Of a stretch of 64,000 nucleotides of DNA, positions 56,940-64,000 are shown in pieces. The stretch comes from Pseudomonadota bacterium (lineage in GTDB: Bacteria > Pseudomonadota > Alphaproteobacteria > RF32 > CAG-239), in NCBI GenBank assembly GCA_030523245.1, contig JAUNIW010000001.1, forward strand, positions 18,971 through 82,970. Direction: 5' to 3'. How positions within the stretch are numbered: the first letter of the stretch is position 1; each line of letters opens with the position of its first letter. Made by a program: the position numbers and the translations under genes. Below the pieces are notes generated by a model. It ran no database searches and was not told the DNA's origin. It saw only the letters and a list, made by a program, of their open reading frames with translations.

Positions 56940-57647
56940 TTATTTCCGTACATCAAATATTTCAAATTTTGATTTTAGGTAGGTGAGTAATTCTGTGTCA
57001 TTGAAAAACTTATCACAATCGGCTTCGGTTGTGGTTTTATCTTCGGCAACAGGGCGGTATTTTTGCAGATAGTATTCTTTGACGCCGGCTGCAGAAAGTT
57101 CTTCGGCAATTTTATAAATATCTTCAATGTCCAGAATGCGCGGGTCGCAAGTTGTCCGGCATTCAAAATGAACACCGCTGTCAAGCAGGATTTTCAGGCT
57201 TTCTTTGATGTTACCGACAGGTGTGGGACAACCGGTAATCCGGCTGTAACGTTCTGTTTCCAGCGGTACCTTAATATCCATGCCGACCCATGAAACTTTA
57301 TCAATCAGTTTTTTCAAAGCCTCGGGATTATAGCCGCCGGTATGCAGACCAACTTCAAATCCCATGGCTTTAACTTCATCCATGGCCTGAGGCAGATTTA
57401 CCTGCATCAGAGGTTCGCCACCGCTGAAAACAACCGCATCTAAAATTCCCTTCCGGTGTTCAAGCAAATGAATAAGCTTATCCCATCCGGTTTCATCTTT
57501 GCTGTTTGGATTTTGTAAGGAAGCGTTGTAACAAAAAGGACAACGCCACGGACAGCCCTGCATAAAAACAACAGCGGCTATCTTAGACGGAAAATCGACG
57601 ATACTGAATTTTTCAATATCGCCGATTCTGATTAAATCAGAAGCCAT
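56940..57647 (-). CDS. nrdG: anaerobic ribonucleotide reductase activating radical-SAM enzyme
   Basis: The CPWRCPFCYN (CxxxCxxC) radical-SAM cluster motif and VVFSGGEP are present. The start at ATG 57647 (MASDLIRIG) is preferred; the alternative ATG at 57695 would overlap the upstream small ORF by 35 nt. Confidence 0.85.
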   Translation of the reverse strand: MASDLIRIGDIEKFSIVDFPSKIAAVVFMQGCPWRCPFCYNASLQNPNSKDETGWDKLIHLLEHRKGILDAVVFSGGEPLMQVNLPQAMDEVKAMGFEVGLHTGGYNPEALKKLIDKVSWVGMDIKVPLETERYSRITGCPTPVGNIKESLKILLDSGVHFECRTTCDPRILDIEDIYKIAEELSAAGVKEYYLQKYRPVAEDKTTTEADCDKFFNDTELLTYLKSKFEIFDVRK

Positions 57648-57660
57648 GATTTCCGCTGAC

Positions 57661-57876
57661 TTATTCTGCTGCAGCGTAAACACAGCCGCAGTCATAATCC
57701 AAATGCGTTACGGCTTTTTCTTCACAGAAACATTTACGGGCATAATATTCTGACTTTTTGCCTTTGTTAAATTCGGAAACCGGACGATGATAACCCATAA
57801 CACGAGTCCAGATTTCACAAGGCTGTCTTTCAGCATCAGTCAATTTAACATCTTCGATATTGATTGTGTTGGTCAT
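57661..57876 (-). CDS. stand-alone NrdD C-terminal glycyl-radical domain protein (71 aa)
   Basis: The ATG at 57876 lies 8-9 nt after AAGGA. CEIWTRVMGYHRPVSEFNKGKKSEYYARK matches the NrdD C-terminal radical loop (E. coli RRVCGYLG...FNAGKQEEVKRR). It lies between nrdD and nrdG and is in a different frame from nrdD. Confidence 0.6.
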   Translation of the reverse strand: MTNTINIEDVKLTDAERQPCEIWTRVMGYHRPVSEFNKGKKSEYYARKCFCEEKAVTHLDYDCGCVYAAAE

Positions 57877-57904
57877 TATTTTTTCCTTTCTTGTTGTGTA
57901 AAGT

Positions 57905-60004
57905 TTAAGCCGCATTGTTGGCTTTTAATTTTTTAAGTTTAGCCGCTTTTTTCTCTTCATCACAGAGCGGACAGAACTTGTGTTCTCCGGCCAGATAACC
58001 GTGCTTCGGACAAATTGAAAAAGTCGGGGTTATTGTAATGTACGGCAGACGATAATTTGTCAGAACCTTTTTAATCAGCTCGCCGCAGACTTTTGCAGAA
58101 GAAATGCGCTGGCTCATATAAAGGTGCAGAACGGTGCCGCCGGTATATTTTGATTGCAGGGTTGCCTGCAAATCCAAAGCTTCAAACGGATCATCCGTAT
58201 AGCCGACCGGTAATTGAGAAGAGTTTGTATAATACGGATCTTCCTTTGTGCCGGCTTGAATAATTCCGGAGAAACGTTTTTTATCTTCACGGGCAAAACG
58301 ATAGGTTGCGCTTTCAGCCGGTGTTGCTTCCAGATTATACATGTGACCGGTTTCTTCCTGAATTTTAACCAGACCGCTTCTGATGTAATCAAGGAATTTT
58401 TCGGCAAAAGCTTTTCCCCATTCATCGGTAACGGAATGTTCGTCATTGGTAAAGTTCCGAATCATCTCATTGATACCGTTGACACCGATTGTCGAAAAGT
58501 GATTGCGCAAAGTGCCGAGATAACGTTTTGTATACGGATATAAACCATTGTCAATCAGACGCTGAATGACTTTTCTCTTAATTTCAAGAGAAGTGCGCGC
58601 AATATTAAGCAGTTCGTCAACCCGTGCCATCAGAGCCTGTTCATTGCCTTTATAAACATAACCTAAACGAGCGCAGTTAAGGGTAACGACACCAATAGAT
58701 CCTGTCTGTTCGGCCGAACCGAATAAACCGTTGCCGCGGGCCAGAAGTTCACGCAGATCAAGCTGCAGGCGGCAGCACATAGAGCGAATCTGCCCCGGTT
58801 TTAAGCTGGAATTGATGAAGTTCTGGAAATAAGGCATACCGTATTTGGCTGTCATTTCAAACAACAATTGTGATTTTTCATTATCCCACGGAAAATCCGG
58901 TGTCATGTTATAAGTCGGAATCGGGAAAGTAAACGGACGTTCCAAAACATCACCGGCCATCATAACTTCGATATAGGCACGGTTAATCATATCCATCTCA
59001 TTCTGCAATTCACCATAAGTAAACGGCATTTCTTCCTGCCCCTCGATAATCGGCATATAATTTTCATCATGGCCGGCAATATGGCCGCCGATACAAGGAT
59101 GCTGATTACGCAAATCTTCCGGACAAACCCAGTCAAAAGTAAAGTTTGTAAACGGTGTCTGCGAACCCCAGCGTGACGGAACATTCAGGTTGTAAACCAA
59201 TTCCTGAATAGACTGTTTTACCTGATCATAAGACAAATTATCTTTTCTGACATACGGAGCCAGATAAGTATCAACAGACGAGAAAGCTTGCGCACCGGCC
59301 CATTCATTTTGCAATGTTCCCATAAAATTGACCATTTGACCGACAGCAGAAGACAAATGTTTCGGCGGATTGGCTTCGGATTTGCCTTTAACGCCGTTAA
59401 AACCTTCTTTCAGGAGATTCTTTAAAGACCAACCGGCACAGTAAGCAGCCAGCATATCCAAATCATGAATATGAATATCACCGTTGCGGTGTGCTTCTCC
59501 GACTTCTGCCGGATATACATGACTCAGCCAGTAATTAGCCGTTACTTTTCCTGATACATTCAAAATCAAACCACCGTTGGAATATCCCTGATTGGCATTG
59601 GCATTAACGCGCCAGTCCAGTTTTTCCAGATATTCATTGATAGAACTTTCAACATCAACCATAACTTTATGGTCAGAACGCATACGATTACGTTTATCGC
59701 GGTACAGAATATAAGCTTTTGCCGTTGAAAAATAGTTGGCAGAAATCAACACTTGCTCGACAATATCTTGAATTTGTTCAATAGAAGGCAGGGATTCGTT
59801 AAATTTATGGTTAATAACTTTCATAACCTGAGCTGTTAAGAGCCACGCATCGGATTCGTCAAATTCTCCCGTAGATGTTCCGGCTTTCAAAACGGCGTTA
59901 TAAATTTTGCTTTCGTCAAACGGAGCCAAAGTTCCGTCACGTTTGACGATGTTTTCAATTTTTGAATCGATTTTGTTGATTTTTGTATTTTGTTCTGTAC
60001 CCAT
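57905..60004 (-). CDS. nrdD: anaerobic ribonucleoside-triphosphate reductase (class III), lacking the glycyl-radical loop
   Basis: 699 aa with an N-terminal ATP-cone (IVKRDGTLAPFDESKIYNAV) and the class III core. It ends right after the zinc ribbon SICPKHGYLAGEHKFCPLCD plus a Lys-rich tail. No RVxGY motif occurs in this ORF. Confidence 0.9.
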   Translation of the reverse strand: MGTEQNTKINKIDSKIENIVKRDGTLAPFDESKIYNAVLKAGTSTGEFDESDAWLLTAQVMKVINHKFNESLPSIEQIQDIVEQVLISANYFSTAKAYILYRDKRNRMRSDHKVMVDVESSINEYLEKLDWRVNANANQGYSNGGLILNVSGKVTANYWLSHVYPAEVGEAHRNGDIHIHDLDMLAAYCAGWSLKNLLKEGFNGVKGKSEANPPKHLSSAVGQMVNFMGTLQNEWAGAQAFSSVDTYLAPYVRKDNLSYDQVKQSIQELVYNLNVPSRWGSQTPFTNFTFDWVCPEDLRNQHPCIGGHIAGHDENYMPIIEGQEEMPFTYGELQNEMDMINRAYIEVMMAGDVLERPFTFPIPTYNMTPDFPWDNEKSQLLFEMTAKYGMPYFQNFINSSLKPGQIRSMCCRLQLDLRELLARGNGLFGSAEQTGSIGVVTLNCARLGYVYKGNEQALMARVDELLNIARTSLEIKRKVIQRLIDNGLYPYTKRYLGTLRNHFSTIGVNGINEMIRNFTNDEHSVTDEWGKAFAEKFLDYIRSGLVKIQEETGHMYNLEATPAESATYRFAREDKKRFSGIIQAGTKEDPYYTNSSQLPVGYTDDPFEALDLQATLQSKYTGGTVLHLYMSQRISSAKVCGELIKKVLTNYRLPYITITPTFSICPKHGYLAGEHKFCPLCDEEKKAAKLKKLKANNAA

Positions 60005-60053
60005 TATAAAGTTCTCCCTTGTGGCTTTGTTAAAACATAACTTGTCATAAGTT

Positions 60054-60100
60054 GTACTATATATAGTATGAATAAAATGTAAACAAACAATATATAGTGA
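60054..60100 (-). promoter_or_regulatory. tandem NrdR boxes upstream of nrdD
   Basis: The 16-mers gtaCtAtATaTaGtat (60054-60069, with a 14-bp perfect palindrome core) and aaaCaAtATaTaGtga (60085-60100) both fit the NrdR-box consensus acaCwAtATaTwGtgt. Their start positions are 31 bp apart, and they lie 50-96 bp upstream of the nrdD ATG. Confidence 0.55.
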
Positions 60101-60440
60101 TGCTCAGAAAAATGATGAATAACAATTAACCATTGATTTTCTAGAAAACATACTAAAAAAATAATTATATATCCGACAAGGAAAAAGATGAGGTATTTTT
60201 GCAAAAAACAGATAACCTTTTATTTTTGCTGACAAAAATTTTTATTGGTATGTATATAACATTGTTAACATTTATTAAGAACGGCAGATATATTTCTTAG
60301 ATTTAAAAACAGAGTGTTATATGTAACAACTTGATTTATAAAAACTAAAAAAACATTTCCGGAAAAATTAAACAATATCATTCCTATAAAAAGGAGTCGT
60401 AAAGGTAATTTTCTTAAATTACCGATTCTCTTTTCTCAGA

Positions 60441-60471
60441 AAAACAAAACCCGCCATTCGGGGCGGGTTTT
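60441..60471 (-). terminator. rho-independent terminator after the TolC-like gene
   Basis: Hairpin aaacccgcc/ggcgggttt with loop attcgg. On the minus strand it is followed by ttttgttttt. Confidence 0.75.
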
Positions 60472-60490
60472 GCAGTTTAAAGTCAAAGGC

Positions 60491-62371
60491 TTATCTGACC
60501 GGTGCGAAAACCTGTACGTCATCAAGCGTTTCATCCGTACACTGATTACCGTGGCAGCGTTTCATAACGGTTGCTTTCCGGCTTTTATTGAGGCCGCGAA
60601 CCTTAATGGAAGGAACATAAACTTCAACAATTGTCAGCTTAAAGGTCAGATAAGCAATATTGTTATTTTTATCCAGCGCGTAGATTTTGATGTGGTAAAC
60701 ACCGCCGTCTTTCGGCATGGCCATACCGCTGAAAATGCGTGTTGCCGGATTATATTTTAACCATTTCGGCAGAGGCGAATCGTCAATCAAGCCGGCTTTA
60801 GTCGTAAACTCGACATCTTTCCACCCCATTTTTTCAAATACGGAATCCGGAATAACAATGTTGATATGTTCGCCGGTTTCATAAGTGACATCCGGCAGTA
60901 ATTTTTCTGACGACAGATTAACCGGCGGCCGGCGGCTCGGAATATCCATCAGATACGGCCGGTTATCCGGAATAAATTCGCCTTTCCGCCACTTATCCAG
61001 ATTATCACGCAAAGCCAGAGCAATACGTGATGGCGATTCGTTCAGCATATAGTACGGAACAGCATCAAGACCGATTGTGGCATAGAGTGTTCCCAGCGCG
61101 TCTTGCAGGTCGACATATGCCAGAGAAGCCTTTGTTTCATCGGCAATGGCACGCGCCGCTTCCAGCTGACTCTTTTCTGCATGGCTGCCGTTAGCCGAGG
61201 TAACATCTTCGGCAATATTTTCGGATGTGCCGGCAATTTCATAGGCAATTTGATAATCTTCGGTTGCCGAAATATAACGTGCCCAGGCAATATAAACCTG
61301 ATTCAAAATCAATGAAGTCATGCGTTGACGGCGTAATTCCGTCATCATATCCGGACTGACGCCGCGGCGGGTATCCTCATAGACAATCATGGAAGCCTCT
61401 TTGGCGGCATTGCACCACTTCTGGTTATAGGCATTCGGATTATTTTTGTAGCCGCTGCCGTTATCATTACGGAAATCGGATATAATCATTTCTAAGTCAT
61501 CGGCATTGATGAGCAGGTCATGAACTTTCAGTTCCGGACGGTTGGTCAAAGCCAGCCATTCCAGACGGGAAAGATTAGATTTAATTTCCGGCAGAGAGAA
61601 ATTGCCGTATTCTTTACCGACCAAAGTAAACTGGGTAGCCGGATGCAGTCCCATCAGGGAGGCCAGTTGCTCATGAGCTGTTTCCATATCACGTTTTAAA
61701 GCAGAAAGTTTTTTAACGGCTTCCATATATTTACGTTTTTTAACCAGTTCCTCTGTTGAAGGATTTTTCCCCTGTCGGGCCAGTTCTTTGGCCTGAACAT
61801 TCATCTCGTCGACATCAAGAGTGATATGTTCAATAGTGTCGTCGATAACAGGAATAAGCCGCTGTGCCGTCAGGGCTTTCCAGTACAAAATACGAGCTTC
61901 CTGCAAGATATTCTGAATAACTTTCCGGCTTTGTTCGACGGCGACGTTTTTCTTAAATTCGGGATCGGAATCCATATAGTACAAAGTGGAAATATCCAAA
62001 ATATTCCATGCAACTTTGAGATCCGGACTGGTTTGTCCGTTGCTGTCCGTGTTGATATAGCCGGCATTTGAAGCAATCTCCGGTAGTTTCGCATAGGTTG
62101 ATTTTCCTGCCTGAACCAGACTTTCCTGATAACGTATCATCCGGCCGGTATAATTATATTTTAGAGCCAGAGCCATTGACATATACATATCAAGAGGCTT
62201 TTCTAATTTGAGCGGCGCATTCGCATACATGTTTTGCATGTCAACATCATACCGGATAGCCCTGTCCCAATCAGAGTAATAGGCTGCATCAGGCTTTTTG
62301 GCATTGTATTCCGAATCGGAGCATCCCGCTGCGGCCAAAAGACCCAACATTAAAAACAACAGTTTTTTCAT
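60491..62371 (-). CDS. outer-membrane-factor (TolC-like) lipoprotein with C-terminal cadherin-like/He_PIG Ig domain
   Basis: The ATG at 62371 follows AAGGA and gives the lipoprotein signal MKKLLFLMLGLLAAAGC. About 450 aa look OMF-like and helical-repeat. The C-terminal motif LPKWLKYNPATRIFSGMAMPKDGGVYHIKIYALDKNN is typical of dystroglycan-type cadherin-like Ig domains. Confidence 0.5.
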   Translation of the reverse strand: MKKLLFLMLGLLAAAGCSDSEYNAKKPDAAYYSDWDRAIRYDVDMQNMYANAPLKLEKPLDMYMSMALALKYNYTGRMIRYQESLVQAGKSTYAKLPEIASNAGYINTDSNGQTSPDLKVAWNILDISTLYYMDSDPEFKKNVAVEQSRKVIQNILQEARILYWKALTAQRLIPVIDDTIEHITLDVDEMNVQAKELARQGKNPSTEELVKKRKYMEAVKKLSALKRDMETAHEQLASLMGLHPATQFTLVGKEYGNFSLPEIKSNLSRLEWLALTNRPELKVHDLLINADDLEMIISDFRNDNGSGYKNNPNAYNQKWCNAAKEASMIVYEDTRRGVSPDMMTELRRQRMTSLILNQVYIAWARYISATEDYQIAYEIAGTSENIAEDVTSANGSHAEKSQLEAARAIADETKASLAYVDLQDALGTLYATIGLDAVPYYMLNESPSRIALALRDNLDKWRKGEFIPDNRPYLMDIPSRRPPVNLSSEKLLPDVTYETGEHINIVIPDSVFEKMGWKDVEFTTKAGLIDDSPLPKWLKYNPATRIFSGMAMPKDGGVYHIKIYALDKNNNIAYLTFKLTIVEVYVPSIKVRGLNKSRKATVMKRCHGNQCTDETLDDVQVFAPVR

Positions 62372-62492
62372 GGTTATATCCTTAAGTATACTTTCAGTTA
62401 TTCTGCTTTGATAATAATATCTAAAAATTAACATTTTGTTACACTTTTACTTATAATATGGTAACTGAGAAAAAAATTGAGGTAAAAGCAAT

Positions 62493-63269
62493 ATGGTTTC
62501 AATTTTAGGCACCTTATTTAAATATAAAGAAAAAGAGTCTCCTGATGTTTTGGGATATTTTCCAGAACGTGTGCATGTTGATGCTTTTCCTGAGCGCCGA
62601 TATTTGTGGACATCCCGTTTTTTGGTTATGCTGACTTGTCTGAGCATCTGCCTGAATATGCTGATTGCCTGTATAATTTATATGCTTTTGCCGGAACAGC
62701 GGGTGCAGCCGCGTCTGTTTATCTTGGATGATGATGTGAACCAGATGAAGATTCTGGAAGAAGATGAACGTTACTACTATGCGGCGGACTTGATAGCCGA
62801 ACAGTATATCCGCGATTATATTGTTTTGCGCTATACCGTAACGGAAGATTATGCCGAATTGCAAGACAGATGGCGCAAAAATTCTATTTTATATTGGTAT
62901 TCCACCAATAAGATTTTTGATGATTTTACCCAGAATGAAGCGGTGGCAGCCAGTCAGCAGTTCAAGGCTATCGGCTTACAGCGCTATATTGAAATTGACT
63001 GGACCAGACGTATGTCGCGTTCTATGTGGATGGTGCAGTTCAAAACCTACGATATTACGAGAGATAATCAAAAACCGAAAGTGGATTTATGGCGAGCCAC
63101 CCTGCGCGTTGGTTATGACGGTAATCTGAGATTCCAAAAACCGGAAGACAGATTATTAAATCCTTACGGATTTTTGGTATACAGTTACACACTTTCTTAT
63201 CAGGGAGATTACCGCAACGGCCCTGAAGAAGTGGATACAAATCTGAAATACAATATGATGATGCATTAG
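62493..63269 (+). CDS. orphan VirB8-like protein (third paralog)
   Basis: 258 aa. ERRYLWTSRFLVMLTCLSICLNMLIACIIYML aligns with EKRYLWTARAFAVVTAVSLCCNIILLLTIANIV of VirB8 copy 2. IAEQYIRDYIVLRYTV aligns with ITETFIREYILLRTTL. The RATLRVGY and NPYGFLV C-terminal motifs are shared. Confidence 0.55.
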   Translation: MVSILGTLFKYKEKESPDVLGYFPERVHVDAFPERRYLWTSRFLVMLTCLSICLNMLIACIIYMLLPEQRVQPRLFILDDDVNQMKILEEDERYYYAADLIAEQYIRDYIVLRYTVTEDYAELQDRWRKNSILYWYSTNKIFDDFTQNEAVAASQQFKAIGLQRYIEIDWTRRMSRSMWMVQFKTYDITRDNQKPKVDLWRATLRVGYDGNLRFQKPEDRLLNPYGFLVYSYTLSYQGDYRNGPEEVDTNLKYNMMMH

Positions 63270-63310
63270 AAAAATTGAGTCTGACAGTTTAAAAGATTTT
63301 GATTGTATAT

Positions 63311-63340
63311 GAGAACCGCCGGAAAATCCGGCGGTTCTTC
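63311..63340 (+). terminator. hairpin terminator after the orphan virB8-like gene
   Basis: gagaaccgccgg / ccggcggttctt with a 5-nt loop. The T-rich tail is weak (tcgttatt). Confidence 0.5.
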
Positions 63341-63484
63341 GTTATTACATTTCGTCCAGAAAGCCCTGAGTTTATTCGGGGCTGAATGCCAAGGCATCGT
63401 CAGGCACCGTTCCACGCCAACGGGCATAGTCAAACCGTGATTTTTAGCTGATTGGCACTCACAGTTTGCCGGAGGATATCTGTT

Positions 63485-64000
63485 TTATTGAACAGGCGTG
63501 CCTTCAACCAACATTGTCAGATTATATGTAAACAGTTTCACGGCAATGGACATTAAGATAATGCCAAAAGCTTTTTGGAAAATACAAATAATTCCCGGTG
63601 ACAACATCTTTTCCAGTTTCGGCGCCATTTTCAAACCGAAATAAACAATAATGACATTGCAGATAATTGCCAAAACAATATTTAAATCGGCATATTGGGA
63701 ACGAATGGAAAGAATTGTCGTAAACGCACCGGCTCCGGCAATCAGCGGAAAAACAATAGGCGTAAAAGTGGCGTCATTGGCCGAATATTTATTTTCATGA
63801 AAAATATGCACATCTAAAATCATTTCCATCGAGATGATGAAAATAATAATGGAACCGGCAATGGCGAATGATGAAATATCCAGACTGAATAATTGCAAAA
63901 AGGCATTTCCCATATACATAAACCCAAGAAACAAAATAAGAGAAATAACCGAAGCCCGTCCGGCATGTACCGTACGTCCGTCTTGCAGGAGATTCAAAAC
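63485..64000 (-). CDS. MarC/UPF0056-family membrane protein, N-terminus outside window
   Basis: The protein is multi-TM. LQLFSLDISSFAIAGSIIIFIISMEMIL fits the MarC-family GIS--aFrIAGGiiL pattern. The ORF-track start is a TTG at the window edge, so the ORF probably continues beyond it. Confidence 0.6.
   Translation of the reverse strand, partial: VLNLLQDGRTVHAGRASVISLILFLGFMYMGNAFLQLFSLDISSFAIAGSIIIFIISMEMILDVHIFHENKYSANDATFTPIVFPLIAGAGAFTTILSIRSQYADLNIVLAIICNVIIVYFGLKMAPKLEKMLSPGIICIFQKAFGIILMSIAVKLFTYNLTMLVEGTPVQ

Noticed and set aside
60004-60204. 66-aa minus-strand ORF upstream of nrdD
   Set aside because: It lies in the AT-rich nrdD promoter/leader and overlaps the NrdR boxes. It is hydrophobic low-complexity sequence with a non-ATG start, so it is most likely spurious.
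63341-63484. 145-nt gap between convergent genes with several short hairpins and a GCCAAGGCA string that also occurs in E. coli 4.5S RNA
   Set aside because: No GGAA tetraloop or conserved SRP domain IV loops are present, the stems are short (4-5 bp), and no promoter or terminator defines a unit. The evidence is insufficient to call an RNA gene. An Rfam scan would settle it.

Overview
This is a 64-kb chromosomal window from a low-GC Gram-negative bacterium (about 40% GC by eye, not computed). The gene order hflKC-degP, kdsD-lptC/A-lptB-hpf-ptsN and rpmH-rnpA-yidD-yidC-engB fits Proteobacteria, probably an alphaproteobacterium. Class III RNR genes (nrdDG) point to an anaerobic or facultative lifestyle. 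Positions 1009-38302 form one large envelope super-locus. (a) A minus-strand type IVb pilus operon follows the R64/PAPI-1 thin-pilus gene order: OmpA-like protein, PilL-like lipoprotein, PilN-type lipoprotein secretin, PilO-like, PilP-like, PilQ/GspE-type ATPase, PilR/GspF-type platform and a PilS-like pilin. A convergent PilT-like ATPase gene lies at its end. (b) A plus-strand VirB-type T4SS operon diverges from it across an AT-rich spacer of about 350 bp. It carries three tandem VirB2 paralogs, VirB3, VirB4, a VirB5-like protein, four more signal-peptide proteins (up to 1337 aa), VirB8, a VirB7-like lipoprotein, a second VirB8, VirB9 fused to a SPOR domain, a 1211-aa repeat protein, a 1402-aa VirB10 with about 950 aa of the same ~17-residue repeat, and VirB11. 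The window contains no VirB6, VirB1, VirD4, relaxase, integrase, transposase, tRNA, rRNA or CRISPR. The remaining ~26 kb is housekeeping, with several oddities: a fused LptC-LptA; no rpoN between lptB and hpf; an nrdD whose glycyl-radical domain is a separate small ORF; tandem NrdR boxes; a structured, terminator-ended leader or sRNA in front of an orphan type IV pilin gene; a TolC-like lipoprotein with a cadherin-like Ig tail; an orphan third VirB8-like gene; and two small duplicated monocistronic cassettes. All family assignments come from motif reading and gene order; no database search was possible.
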